DNA from: a virus
DNA length: 64,000 nucleotides
IMG/VR virus record: IMGVR_UViG_3300018429_000060
Span: 1-64,000 of that record
Reading direction: 5' to 3' (one strand)
A program made the translations under genes and the position numbers. How positions within the stretch are numbered: the stretch's first letter is position 1; each line of letters begins with the position of its first letter. Shown piece by piece: positions 9,995 to 20,305 of the stretch. The notes beneath the pieces are model-generated. The model saw only the letters and a program-made list of their open reading frames with translations. It was not told where the DNA came from and searched no databases.

Positions 9995-10243
9995 ATGTGT
10001 GGCTGTACCAGCACCACGACCATGCCCAGCTCCGACACCGCCGCCGGCTATCCGGCGGACCCCGCTCAGAAGTGGGAGGTCACCGCCCCCAACGGGGCAG
10101 TGACCGTCTACTACCACGAGTGGCAGGCCGCCCAGGCGATGTCGGTCACCGGCGGCACGATGCGGGAGATCGACGGCGCCGTTGCGGCCCCACCGGGTGA
10201 ACCCGACGCCGCGGATGCTGATCAAGGACCGGGCCGCCGCTAG
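9995..10243 (+). CDS. small head-operon protein
   Basis: MCGC start, positioned between the MuF fusion and capsid genes. Confidence 0.55.
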   Translation: MCGCTSTTTMPSSDTAAGYPADPAQKWEVTAPNGAVTVYYHEWQAAQAMSVTGGTMREIDGAVAAPPGEPDAADADQGPGRR

Positions 10244-10360
10244 CATCCGGCGAAGGCGTCCCTGCGGCTTGACAGCCCTCGCGGAGATGCTGCCCAGCAT
10301 CGACTGGCGATCACCGTGGCCGGATGCACACACCCTCGCGTTGTGTGCCCGGAGGCCACG

Positions 10361-12736
10361 GTGGACCAGCTCAACGCCCTACTCGCCCTCGTCGCCGGAA
10401 TCACCAGTCCGCCCGGTGACGCCCGAGCCCAGGCCCTCGCCCTGCAGATGCGGGACACCCTCGGACCCGAGGTGGACCTGCGTGCTCTCGAAGCGGCCGC
10501 GGTCGCCCAGTTCGAGACCACCTACGCCGGCGGGCAGTATCCGCCCGCCGAGGCCGCGACCCTGCTGGCGCTCGACGATGTCACCGCCGCGGTGCGGCTG
10601 CTCGCCGGCGAACGCGACCAGGCGCAGCAGCAGATGGACGCCGCCGCAGCGCGGATGCAGCCCGCACCCGCGGCCGCGGCCCCCGTCGCCCCGGCCGCGC
10701 CGGCCGCTGCGGTGGCGCCCGCCGCCGGTGTTCCCGCGGCCGCACCGCCCGCCGCGCCCGCCGGCGTGCCGGCGGCCGCGCCCCAGACCACAACCACACC
10801 TGCGGGGGCGCCCGAGGCAGGACCGGGCCCCGGCGACGACACCGCAGGTGGTAGTGGAGACGGCGGCCAGGCGCCGCCGTCAGCGGACCCCGATAACCGG
10901 CCTGTCGGGGGTCCGCCCGTGGTGCCGGCGGTACCGGCAGCGGCCGCAGCCGCTCCGGTCCGCCGGCCCAGTACCGTCGCGCTGCTCACCGGCGGCGCAA
11001 CGGCCGGACCGCCGGCGCCGGCGCTGGTGGCGCCGTTGCGGACGTTCTCGATCACCGCGTCGGCCGAGGTCCCCGAGTTCCCGTTCGGGATGCAGCTGAC
11101 GCCCGCGCAGCTCGGCGACGCCGCGGTGGCGCGGTTCTCGTCGCTGCCGGTCGGCCAGCCGGCCACCGGTCCGATCAAGGCCAACGTCGCTCGCGTGCAC
11201 CGCCTCGTCGACGCGTCGATCACCCTCACCGGCGACCAGGGCGACACAGCGATCCTGGACCGGGTCGCCGACGAGCGCCGGCTGCCCGGCGGGTCGCTGC
11301 TCGCCGCGCAGCAGCTGGTCCTCACCGCCGCCGCGCAGGCCCCGAGCACCTACAACGACGTGTGGTGCACCCCGTCGGAGACGGACTACACCCTGTGCCC
11401 GTCGCTGGCCACCACCGACGGGATCGTCGACCTGCCCAGCGCCGGAATGCCCACCCGCGGCGGCCTGCGCTACCCGAAGTGGACCCAGTACCCCGAGCAG
11501 GCCGCCGACGCCGCCCGCAACGGCTGGCACGGCACCGCGATCACCTACCCGGAGCCGCCGGCCAACCCCGGCACCGGCCTGGACAACCCGGTCTACTTCC
11601 ACCGCGGGCCGGCCGACGTGCCACCGGGCACCGGCCTGGGCAACACCAAGAAGTGCATCTCCGGGCCGTGCGTGGAGTGGGCCGAGGTCCGCGCCTCGCT
11701 GGCCTACCTGTGCGTCGAGTCCGACATCCTGCGTGACCGCACGTTCCCCGAGGGCATCGCCCGGTTCAGCGACGACGTGCTGATCCACCATCAGCACTAC
11801 CTCAACGAGCTGTTCCTGACCTACATCCAGGCGCACTCCGACCCGATCCCCGACTTCTCGGTGCGCGCCGAGGGGCAGATCGGGTCGGTGTCGCTGACCG
11901 CCGTCGACCGGCTCGCGCTGCTGATCACCTGGTTCCGCAACCGGTACAAGATGGCCAGGGGCGCCACCCTCGAGGTGATCGCGCCGGAGTGGTTCCGGGA
12001 GTACCTGAAGCGCGACATCGAGAAGAAGCAGAACCGGCCCTACGGTGCGGTCACCGACGCCGAGATCGCCACCCTGTTCGCCCAGTACACGTCGCGGGTG
12101 CAGTGGGTGCGGGACTGGCAGGAGATGGGCGACGGCGCCCCGGTCGGCCCGCCCGGCGCGACCCGGATCATGCCGCCGGCGGCGTGGCCGGCGTCGGTGA
12201 AGCTGATGGCCTACCCCGCCGGCTCCTGGGTGAAGTCGCTGAACAACATTCTCAACCTGGGTGTGCAGTACGACTACACGCTGCTCAAGGAGAACCGCTA
12301 CTCGGCGATGTTCACCGAGGACCAGTGGATGCTCCTCAACCGGTGCAACCGCACGTTCGTGATCACCCTGACCGAGCTGTGCGCCAACGGTGCGGTCGGC
12401 CCGCAGCGCGACTCCTGCCCGCCGCCCCCGCCGCCGGCGCTGCTGTCCGGCCCGGAGCCGACCGAACCGACCGAGCCGGTCGGGCCGACCGGGGTGACCA
12501 CCGTCGAGCTGCAGCGCCGGCAGGTGCCGCCGCTGCAGACGGAGCCGGTCGGCACCCCGGCGCTCACCCCGGCCGACAGCGGCCCACCCACCCCGGCCCC
12601 GACCGACCCGACGCCGACGCCGGCGTCCGGCGCTGATGCCCCGGCCGGGAGCACCGCCGGAACCGCCCCCGTCGACGCCGACGGCGGGGGCGGCGAGGAC
12701 CCGGCCGCGACCACCAAGCCGCGGCGCCGCCCGTGA
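10361..12736 (+). CDS. major capsid (hexamer-type) protein with N-terminal scaffold-like region
   Basis: GGAGG RBS + GTG at 10361; 'WCTPSETDY.LC', 'RGGLRY', 'YPAGSWV...YDYTLLKENRYSAMFTED' recalled from actinophage capsids; Pro/Ala-rich linkers. Confidence 0.75.
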   Translation: MDQLNALLALVAGITSPPGDARAQALALQMRDTLGPEVDLRALEAAAVAQFETTYAGGQYPPAEAATLLALDDVTAAVRLLAGERDQAQQQMDAAAARMQPAPAAAAPVAPAAPAAAVAPAAGVPAAAPPAAPAGVPAAAPQTTTTPAGAPEAGPGPGDDTAGGSGDGGQAPPSADPDNRPVGGPPVVPAVPAAAAAAPVRRPSTVALLTGGATAGPPAPALVAPLRTFSITASAEVPEFPFGMQLTPAQLGDAAVARFSSLPVGQPATGPIKANVARVHRLVDASITLTGDQGDTAILDRVADERRLPGGSLLAAQQLVLTAAAQAPSTYNDVWCTPSETDYTLCPSLATTDGIVDLPSAGMPTRGGLRYPKWTQYPEQAADAARNGWHGTAITYPEPPANPGTGLDNPVYFHRGPADVPPGTGLGNTKKCISGPCVEWAEVRASLAYLCVESDILRDRTFPEGIARFSDDVLIHHQHYLNELFLTYIQAHSDPIPDFSVRAEGQIGSVSLTAVDRLALLITWFRNRYKMARGATLEVIAPEWFREYLKRDIEKKQNRPYGAVTDAEIATLFAQYTSRVQWVRDWQEMGDGAPVGPPGATRIMPPAAWPASVKLMAYPAGSWVKSLNNILNLGVQYDYTLLKENRYSAMFTEDQWMLLNRCNRTFVITLTELCANGAVGPQRDSCPPPPPPALLSGPEPTEPTEPVGPTGVTTVELQRRQVPPLQTEPVGTPALTPADSGPPTPAPTDPTPTPASGADAPAGSTAGTAPVDADGGGGEDPAATTKPRRRP

Positions 12737-12747
12737 CCATCCGCAAC

Positions 12748-12783
12748 GCCCGCCGTCCCGGCCTCCCCGGCCGGGCGGCGGGC
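12748..12783 (+). terminator. GC-rich hairpin after capsid gene
   Basis: GCCCGCCG(T)CCCGGCC-loop-GGCCGGG-CGGCGGGC inverted repeat. Confidence 0.45.
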
Positions 12784-12816
12784 ATCGGCACCCCGACCGG
12801 CTGAGGCGGACCCACC

Positions 12817-14241
12817 ATGGCCAACGCGTGGGGCGGCGGCGACCCGGTCGAGTCCACCGACCTCGACCCGTACGAGCTCAGCTGCGACTTCGTCGTGCAC
12901 CAGCCGCTGTCCATCACCCACATCCGGGTGTGGACCAGCGACGGTGAGGAGCCGTCGGTCAACCGCCGCGCCCGCGTCTGGTCGCCCGCCGGCGCCCAGC
13001 TGGGCATCGCCACGCTGCCGGACGACCTCCCCTCCGGCTGGACCGTCCACGCCCTGGACGCCCCGGTGGCCCGTGCCGCCGGGCAGGGGTTCGTCGCCAG
13101 CTTCAGCACCGGCGGCCGCTACGGCGCACTGCCCAACGCCCTGACCGCCCCGGTGGATTCCGCCGACGGCGCCGTCACCGCCCGCGCGGCCGCGACCGCA
13201 CCCAACGGCAACGGCAGCTTCGGCGCCCCAGGGGTGTTCCCCACCACGCCGTCGACGACGAACGCGTTCTACGGCATCGACGTCGTCTACGTCCTGGCCT
13301 CGGTCACCCCGGTGGTCATCCCCCGGCTCAACGTCGACCCGCCGGCCGCGGCGACACCGCACCGGTTCGGCCTGTTCACCGCGGCGACCGTGCTGGAGAA
13401 CGTGTCGCCGCACGCGCTCACCGGCATCGAGTACGAGGCGGTGTGCTCGACCCGCGTCGACGGCTACCCGGCGCCGTGCCGCCCCGGTGACGTCCTGAGC
13501 CGCACCAAGACACCGCAGCGGACCACCAGCATCGTCAACGCCACCCCGTTCGCCCTCTACGCCGCCGACTCCTGCGTGCTGGGCCGCGATCAGGCCCTCG
13601 CTCAGCGGCAGCTGCGGCAGCGGCTGGCCAACGGTGAGGAAACCGCCGTCGAGCGGATCGTGTTCAGCGGCGAGCTGGACCAGCTGCCGAACCTGCGCCG
13701 GCAGGCGCAGATCCTGCCCGGAGCGGCCCGCGGCCTCGACGAGGCCGTCGGCGAGCTGGAGCAGTGGCTGGCCACCACCTACGGCGGCGTCGGAGTGATC
13801 CACGCCCCGATGGCCGTGGCGAACCAGGCCCAACACCACGCCCTGCTCAGCGTCGCCGGGCCGCGCGCCCTGACGGTTCTCGGATCGGCGTGGGCGTTCG
13901 GCGCCGGCTACCTCGGCACCCCACCCGAGGACGCCCCCGGCCCGGACACCGGCGCGCTGTGGCTGTACGCGACACCGCCGCTGACCCTGCGCCGCTCGGC
14001 GGTCATCGAGCCGGCCGACTGGTCCAGCGGCGGGTTCGAGGCGGCCACCAACACCGGGTTCCTGCTGGCCGAACGCATGTACGTCGTGGACTGGCCCTGC
14101 GGTGTGGCCGCGGTGCAGACCACCCTCACCCGCCCCGGCTGGGTCACCCCCGGCGGCGCCGCCGTGGAGCTGAGTACCGATCCCCCGCCCGTCGACGGCG
14201 ACCCCGCCGTCGACGGTGACACCCGAGGAGGCCCCGGATGA
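12817..14241 (+). CDS. second capsid (pentamer-type) protein with N-terminal DUF4082-like domain
   Basis: N-terminal 'ITHIRVW...VWSPAGAQLG...SGW...L..PV...FVASF' resembles DUF4082; remainder 'VDPP...FGLF...GVIHAP...FGAGY' follows the capsid gene. Confidence 0.55.
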   Translation: MANAWGGGDPVESTDLDPYELSCDFVVHQPLSITHIRVWTSDGEEPSVNRRARVWSPAGAQLGIATLPDDLPSGWTVHALDAPVARAAGQGFVASFSTGGRYGALPNALTAPVDSADGAVTARAAATAPNGNGSFGAPGVFPTTPSTTNAFYGIDVVYVLASVTPVVIPRLNVDPPAAATPHRFGLFTAATVLENVSPHALTGIEYEAVCSTRVDGYPAPCRPGDVLSRTKTPQRTTSIVNATPFALYAADSCVLGRDQALAQRQLRQRLANGEETAVERIVFSGELDQLPNLRRQAQILPGAARGLDEAVGELEQWLATTYGGVGVIHAPMAVANQAQHHALLSVAGPRALTVLGSAWAFGAGYLGTPPEDAPGPDTGALWLYATPPLTLRRSAVIEPADWSSGGFEAATNTGFLLAERMYVVDWPCGVAAVQTTLTRPGWVTPGGAAVELSTDPPPVDGDPAVDGDTRGGPG

Positions 14242-15287
14242 CCGCACCAGCCCCGCCGGCCGCGTTGTGCGCCTCGTTCATCGGCGCCCGCGTGCTGCGC
14301 GTGACCCTCGTCGACGCCTGCGGCCGCCCCATCTGGGGACCGCGGTCGCAGGTGACCACCGAGGGATTCGTGTCCATCGAGATCGCCCCGGAGGTCGAGG
14401 AGGGCGACGCGATGAAGGTCAAGACCGCCGGTGGGGTGCTGTGCGTCAACGAACGCGGCGCCGACCAGGTGTCCTGGTACAACCTGACGATCGACTTCTG
14501 CCAGGTCGACCCGGACCTGTTCCTGATGATGCAGCGGACCTGGAAGCGGGTCACCGACGCCTCCCGGCAGACCACCACCGGGTGGCGGCAGGGCGAGAAG
14601 ATGTCCGACTCCCTCGGGTACGCGCTGGAGGTGTGGCCCAAGGCGTCCGGCAAGGGCGCCGGGCAGGCGTGTCTGCTCGGCGGCGGCGTCTCGGACCCGA
14701 CGCTGGTCCCCGGCGGCTACTTCGCCCTGCCGTGGGTCCTCGGTCTCGCACCGGAAGCGTTGACGCTGGAGAACGCGCCGACGTCGTTCAAGCAGAAAGG
14801 CCGCACCAAGCCCGGCAGCCTGTGGGGCCGCGGCCCGTACAACGTCACCCGCGACCTGGACGGTGACCCGGCGCGGCTGCTGGACCCGATCGACCCCGGC
14901 TTCTCGGTGCCGATCTGGACCCCGCCGTACATGACCTCCGGCGACCCGGACCACCTGCACGCCGAGATCGTCACCCTGGCCCCGCCGGTGCCGACCTGCG
15001 GCGCAGCGCCGGTGTGGAACCCCGACGCCGTCGTCCCGCTGCTGGCGGTGGCGCCCGGCGCGAACACCCGCACGGCGCAGCTGACGGTGACCAACTTCGC
15101 CCTGATCGGCAGCTCCGGGACGGTCAACTGGGGCGACGGCTCGATGGAGCCGATGCCGGGGTCCTCGGCCGGGGTGCTGTCCCACGCCTACCTGCCGGCG
15201 CACGACGGCACCGCGCAGACCATCACGTTCTACGCCGGCAACGGCCACGCCCCGGTCACCATCGCGTTCACCCCCGTGGCTCCGTAG
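14238..15287 (+). CDS. major tail protein with C-terminal PKD-like domain
   Basis: 'LRVTLVDACGRP...EGFVSI...EVEEG...LC...FCQVDP' actinophage major tail pattern; C-terminal NWGDGS...SHAY. Confidence 0.75.
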   Translation: MTAPAPPAALCASFIGARVLRVTLVDACGRPIWGPRSQVTTEGFVSIEIAPEVEEGDAMKVKTAGGVLCVNERGADQVSWYNLTIDFCQVDPDLFLMMQRTWKRVTDASRQTTTGWRQGEKMSDSLGYALEVWPKASGKGAGQACLLGGGVSDPTLVPGGYFALPWVLGLAPEALTLENAPTSFKQKGRTKPGSLWGRGPYNVTRDLDGDPARLLDPIDPGFSVPIWTPPYMTSGDPDHLHAEIVTLAPPVPTCGAAPVWNPDAVVPLLAVAPGANTRTAQLTVTNFALIGSSGTVNWGDGSMEPMPGSSAGVLSHAYLPAHDGTAQTITFYAGNGHAPVTIAFTPVAP

Positions 15288-15295
15288 CTCGACGA

Positions 15296-16300
15296 GTGAG
15301 CGACCCCTACAGCCGGCACCCCGCGCACACCCCCGCCGCCGCCGCGGCGGGGGTGTCGGCGTCACCGACCGCGGTGCCGCCGACCGGCGCCGCGTTGGTG
15401 GTGATCGACCCGGACGGCACCTGGGCGCTGGACGTACCCGGTGGGCCGTGCCGCACCTGGCCGGTGGCCCCCGCCTGCAGCTGCCTGCCGAACAACCCGG
15501 CCGAGTGGACCGCCGACCACCAGATCGCCGTCGAGACGGCCACCGAGATCCTGTGGGAGCTGACCGCCGGCCGCTACGGGCTGTGCCGCGAGACGGTGCG
15601 GCCCTGCCAGGAGCCGGCGCCGCAACAGTGCCCGCCGCGCGGCTGGCGCGGGGTGGGCGGCATGTACCCGGTGCTGGACGGCGGCCGGTGGACCAACGTG
15701 TCCTGCGGCTGCTCGCCGTCGGGGTGCAGCTGCTCGTCGGCCGCCGAGCTGGAGCTGCCCGGCCCGGTGCACACCGACCCGCCGGGCACCCTGCTGCCCC
15801 AGTACCCGATCCAGGTGTGGATGAACGGCGCCCAGCTCACCACCGGGTGGCGCCTCTACGACGGCAACCGGCTGATCCGCACCGACGGCGCCCCGTGGCC
15901 GATGTGCCAGCAGATGTGGCGGCCGCTGGTCGCCCCGGCCGGTGAGCCGGCCGCGGCCGCGGGCACGTTCGGGATCGTCTACTGGCGCGGCACCCCGGTG
16001 CCGGCCGGTGGCCGCCGCGCGGTGGCCCAGCTGGCGTGCGAGTTCTGGAAGGCGTGCCACGACAAGGACGGTTGCCGGATCCCGTCGCGGGTCGAGCTGG
16101 TGGAACGCGAGGGCGTCACCTACCGCATGATCGACAAGCAAGAGTTCCTGAAGCAGGGCCGCGTCGGCATCACCGAGATCGACCTCTGGCTCGCCGCGGT
16201 CAACCCGCGCAGCCGCCACAGCCCCTCGACCGTCTACTCCGTCGACGGCCCGGTGTGGCGCGTCGAGCGCACCACCGGCCGGTACGGCGGCCCGCCGTGA
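15296..16300 (+). CDS. head-to-tail adaptor
   Basis: 'ATEILWELTAGRYGLCRETVRPC', 'LACEFWKAC', 'REGVT', 'GITEIDLWLAAVNP'; position after major tail. Confidence 0.7.
   Translation: MSDPYSRHPAHTPAAAAAGVSASPTAVPPTGAALVVIDPDGTWALDVPGGPCRTWPVAPACSCLPNNPAEWTADHQIAVETATEILWELTAGRYGLCRETVRPCQEPAPQQCPPRGWRGVGGMYPVLDGGRWTNVSCGCSPSGCSCSSAAELELPGPVHTDPPGTLLPQYPIQVWMNGAQLTTGWRLYDGNRLIRTDGAPWPMCQQMWRPLVAPAGEPAAAAGTFGIVYWRGTPVPAGGRRAVAQLACEFWKACHDKDGCRIPSRVELVEREGVTYRMIDKQEFLKQGRVGITEIDLWLAAVNPRSRHSPSTVYSVDGPVWRVERTTGRYGGPP
15327..15356 (+). terminator. 13-bp stem hairpin after major tail gene
   Basis: ACACCCCCGCCGC-cgcc-GCGGCGGGGGTGT perfect inverted repeat. Confidence 0.5.
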
Positions 16301-16307
16301 TGCGCGC

Positions 16308-19300
16308 ATGACGCTGCCGCTGGTCCAGGACCAGGTGTTGTGGCCGCTGCTCACGGCGCTGCGTACCTCGGCCGCGGGCCAGTTCGGCCTCGTCCACCGC
16401 CCGGTGTGCGCGTTCGACGTGTACTGGTCCGACCATCCGATCCCGGCCGACCAGTGCGACTGCACCTGCGAGGACGAGGTGCCGGGCGGTCAGGGCGCGG
16501 CGTGGGTGCGGCTGGTCACCGCCACCAGCATCCTGGCGGCCAACACCACCGCCCGGCCGGTGCGGCAGCCGTGCGCCGGCGCCGACCTGCTGCTGACGAT
16601 CGAGGTCGGCGTGCACCGCTGCGCCCCGCTGCTGGACGGGACGAAGCCGCCCCACCAGCTGGCCGTCGATACGTACTCCGCTGGCATGGTCCAGGACGTT
16701 CTCGCGGTGCACCGGGCGTTCCTGTGCGCGCCGGCGCTGCGGGACCTCGACTGGCAGTTGAGCAGCCTCGGCCCCTCGGGGCCGCAGGGTGGCTGCGCCG
16801 CGGTGATCGGCACCGCGCAGGTGATCGTGTCCAACTGCTGCCCGATCGTGCTGACCGTCGGCTGGGTACCGGACCCGGACGTGCTGCTCGGTGTCCACGT
16901 CACGGGCGGTGGCTACGGCCGCCACGGCGCCCTGCTCGACTGGGGCGACGGCACCCCACCCGTGCCGATCGGCCCCACGGTCGCGCCGCTGCAGCACACC
17001 TACGCCGTGCCCGGTACCTACCAGGTGATCGTGGTCGACCGGCAGGAACCCACCGCGCGCACCACGGTCGCGATCACGGTCAAGGACCACGAGCCGATCG
17101 CGCACGTGTTCCTCGACTCGGAGGACGACTGGGCGGTGCTGCTGTGGCTCGACGAGCCCGACGACGGCACCGTGTACCTGGTCGACTGGGGCGACGGGTC
17201 GTCGCTGCAGCCGATGGCCGGGCAGCAGCTGGACCGGGTGCCGCCCAAGCCGCGAGTACCGCACCCCTACACCAAGCTCGGCCGCTACCCGATCACCGTC
17301 ACCGACACCCGCAGCCGCCGCGTCACCCACACCGGCGCCGAGGTCGGCGACCTCGGTGTCCTGCCCTCCTTCGACACCCCGGCGCGGCCGCGGCTGGAAG
17401 TGCTGTGGATGGCCACCGGCGCCACCTACCGCGTCGACGGGTTCATCACCGAGACCGGAGTGGTGCCGGCGTCCGGGCGGATCGTCATCGACACCGACGA
17501 GGACCTGCCCCCCGGCCAGCACAGCGTGGTCATCCGCGAGGAGATCAACGGGATCGTGCGGCGCGCCACCCGACGCTCCTACCTGATCCCGTCGCCGTGG
17601 GACTGGCGCCTCGGGGTGTGGACCACCTGGGGGCCGACCCCTGGGCAGCCGGGGATGCAGACGGTCAACCTGACCCCGCGCACCGCCCGCACCCCGTGCG
17701 CCATCGACTGGGGCGACGGCTCCCCCATCGAGACCATCCCGGCCGCCGGCACCGCCTCGCACAACTACCGGGTGCCGATCACCGGCGCCGGGGTGCGGCT
17801 GACCGTCACCGAGACCGTCACCGACGAGATCACCGACCCGCGCACCACCAGCCGCACCCTGGGCAGCCCCCGCTACGTCGGCACGCCGATGCTCAACGCC
17901 CGCCAGACCCGCGCGGTCGACCTGGACGTGGCCGGTCTGGACCACGACATCGACGACGACCGGTACGTCGTCTACTGGGGCGACGGCACCAGCGACTCCT
18001 TCGGCGCGCAGGGCCGCTGGTACCCGGCCAACCACCGCTACGCCAACGACGGCGTCTACACGATCACCGTCGACAGCCCCGGCATGGCCGCCCCGGTGAT
18101 CCGCACCGCCACTGTCATCAGCTACCCGGCGCCGGTGGTCACCATCGTCGAGGCCCGCAACCAGCAGGGCGAGCACCTGGACCCGGACCGGCTGACCGCG
18201 CAAGTCGCGATCGACAACCGCGCCGTCGGCGGCGACTGCCGGGTCGAGTTCGGCGACGGCTCCCCCGCCCACATCAGCGGCGAGCAGGACACCGTCACCC
18301 ACGCCTACCCCCGAGCGGGCCGGTACTGGGTGGTCGTGACCGCGCTGGCCGACACGACCGCGAAAGGACGCGCCTCCGTGTCCGTGCCATTCGGCCAGGA
18401 ACGCACCTTGATCTTCACCGTGACCGGGCACGGCTACACCGCCAGGGTCACGATCACCGGCAGCACCCCCGGCAAGACCGTGCAGGTGGTGTGGACCAGC
18501 GGCACCTCACCGCAGCCGGTGCCGCCGTCCGGGTTCGTCGAGCACACCTACCCGCCGATCGACGACATCTACAACGTCACCGTCTCCTACGACGACGAGT
18601 CCGAGAGCGTCGACGTCGCGGTGATCATCCCCTTCCCCGACGACACCGACACCGCCGGCGACGGCTCCGGGGGCGTGGGGTCGGAGCTGGAGCTGCGGCC
18701 GGTCGGCGGGCTCACCGACCGGCAGGACCCCTACCTGTGGTGGAACGTCGGCGCGCACGACCGGCAGCTCAAGGCACGGTGGCTGTTCGGCACCCAGCAG
18801 GTGATCATCTACTGGGGCGACGGCGCCATGGAGGTCATCGGCGTCGGCCAGGCCGTCACCCACGACTACGACCACCTCGGCGGCTACCTGCTACGGCTGC
18901 GCGAGATCGGCCCCGGCGCCTGGATCACCGCCGCCCAGGTGATCATCCGCGGGCAGCGGCCGCCGGCGCAGCTCACCGCGCACCCCGACGACCCGCGGAC
19001 GCTGCGGCTGCAGTTCGGTGACCTCGACGCCTCCGAGCTGATGCCCCGCTGGCGCGTGTTCTGGGCCTGGCCCGACCAGCACCACGACGACGTGTGGGCC
19101 CCCGCCGGTGGCCACGTCGACCATCCCGTCCCGGCGGGCAAGTACCTGCTGCATGTGCTCGACCTCGGGTCCAAGTGGTTCACCGAGATCGACACCGAGG
19201 TGCCGCCGGTCGACCCGGCCGTCACCCTCACCGCCACCGGCCGCGAGGTGCAGCTGAGCGTCGACCCCACCTCGGCCGGCGCCGAGCTGCGCGTCGACTG

Positions 19301-19451
19301 GGGCGACGGCTCCCTGCCGGAGCCGATCACCGGCGACACCGCCAGCCACACCTACCCGCCCGCCGACACCACGACGTTCGTGGTGCAGGTGTGGCACGTC
19401 GACGAGTCCAGTTCCGCCAGCCACGCGATCACCCTTGGAGAGCAGCCGTGA
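16308..19451 (+). CDS. tail-terminator-like N-terminal domain fused to multiple PKD-like repeats
   Basis: N-terminal 'GAAWVRL...VGVHRCAP...GPQGGC'; six WGDG, one FGDG and degenerate repeats, most followed by H-x-Y. Confidence 0.7.
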   Translation: MTLPLVQDQVLWPLLTALRTSAAGQFGLVHRPVCAFDVYWSDHPIPADQCDCTCEDEVPGGQGAAWVRLVTATSILAANTTARPVRQPCAGADLLLTIEVGVHRCAPLLDGTKPPHQLAVDTYSAGMVQDVLAVHRAFLCAPALRDLDWQLSSLGPSGPQGGCAAVIGTAQVIVSNCCPIVLTVGWVPDPDVLLGVHVTGGGYGRHGALLDWGDGTPPVPIGPTVAPLQHTYAVPGTYQVIVVDRQEPTARTTVAITVKDHEPIAHVFLDSEDDWAVLLWLDEPDDGTVYLVDWGDGSSLQPMAGQQLDRVPPKPRVPHPYTKLGRYPITVTDTRSRRVTHTGAEVGDLGVLPSFDTPARPRLEVLWMATGATYRVDGFITETGVVPASGRIVIDTDEDLPPGQHSVVIREEINGIVRRATRRSYLIPSPWDWRLGVWTTWGPTPGQPGMQTVNLTPRTARTPCAIDWGDGSPIETIPAAGTASHNYRVPITGAGVRLTVTETVTDEITDPRTTSRTLGSPRYVGTPMLNARQTRAVDLDVAGLDHDIDDDRYVVYWGDGTSDSFGAQGRWYPANHRYANDGVYTITVDSPGMAAPVIRTATVISYPAPVVTIVEARNQQGEHLDPDRLTAQVAIDNRAVGGDCRVEFGDGSPAHISGEQDTVTHAYPRAGRYWVVVTALADTTAKGRASVSVPFGQERTLIFTVTGHGYTARVTITGSTPGKTVQVVWTSGTSPQPVPPSGFVEHTYPPIDDIYNVTVSYDDESESVDVAVIIPFPDDTDTAGDGSGGVGSELELRPVGGLTDRQDPYLWWNVGAHDRQLKARWLFGTQQVIIYWGDGAMEVIGVGQAVTHDYDHLGGYLLRLREIGPGAWITAAQVIIRGQRPPAQLTAHPDDPRTLRLQFGDLDASELMPRWRVFWAWPDQHHDDVWAPAGGHVDHPVPAGKYLLHVLDLGSKWFTEIDTEVPPVDPAVTLTATGREVQLSVDPTSAGAELRVDWGDGSLPEPITGDTASHTYPPADTTTFVVQVWHVDESSSASHAITLGEQP

Positions 19452-20305
19452 GCAGAACCGCCACCCGCCCCGCCACCGACACCGATGCCGAGCCCGTCGA
19501 CGGCGCCCCGGACCCGGCCATCCCGCCGGCCGAGGACGCGGCGGCGCTGCGCTGGGTGCCGAAGGCGATCGCCGAGCTCGGCGTCGTCGCCGTGCCGACC
19601 AACGTCGTCGGCGAGTTCACCATGGACTGGGGCGACAGCAAGCGGACCGACAGCTCGGCCGGGGCACCCCCGGTCAGCCACGCCTACGCCAGCGCCGGCG
19701 CGTACACGGTGACCCTGACGCAGGGCGACGCGATCGTCGCCAAGACGCAGGTGGTCATCCGCGCCGGCAAGGGCCCGGCGGTCACCGCGGCGCCGGCCGC
19801 CGACAACCCGAACATCATCGAGCTGACCTTCGCCGACGACCCGGCCGAGATCGCCTCCCAGTACGCGATCACCTGGAACGTCGGCGGTGTCGCCGAGGTC
19901 GTGTTCGCGCCGAAGGGGACGGTGCTGTCCCACGGCTACACCGCCGGCGACCACGTGATCGTGGTCCGCGACCTCTACACCCGCCGCGCCGTCCGCCTGG
20001 AGGTCACCGTGGTCGACGCCACCTTCGATCCCGACTTCTCGGCCACGCAGGGCGAGAACACCATGACGGCGCTGGTCACGCTCACTGCGGTGGCCACCGT
20101 CAAGGACGTGCTCGTCGACTGGGGCGACGGTCAGCAGAGCACCGTGGCGGCGGCCGAGGTGGGCGGCAAAGCGACCCACGCCTACGCGGCCAACGACACC
20201 TACATCATCCAGGTCGTCTACGCCGACGGCTCCACCGACGGCTCCGCGCGCACCGTGACGATCCCGTTCCCGGCCCGCGACGGCCGGGGCAGCAACCGGC
20301 CATGA
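19448..20305 (+). CDS. PKD-repeat protein
   Basis: GTGA coupled; MDWGDS...SHAYASAGAYTVTL and VDWGDG...THAY. Confidence 0.75.
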   Translation: MSRTATRPATDTDAEPVDGAPDPAIPPAEDAAALRWVPKAIAELGVVAVPTNVVGEFTMDWGDSKRTDSSAGAPPVSHAYASAGAYTVTLTQGDAIVAKTQVVIRAGKGPAVTAAPAADNPNIIELTFADDPAEIASQYAITWNVGGVAEVVFAPKGTVLSHGYTAGDHVIVVRDLYTRRAVRLEVTVVDATFDPDFSATQGENTMTALVTLTAVATVKDVLVDWGDGQQSTVAAAEVGGKATHAYAANDTYIIQVVYADGSTDGSARTVTIPFPARDGRGSNRP

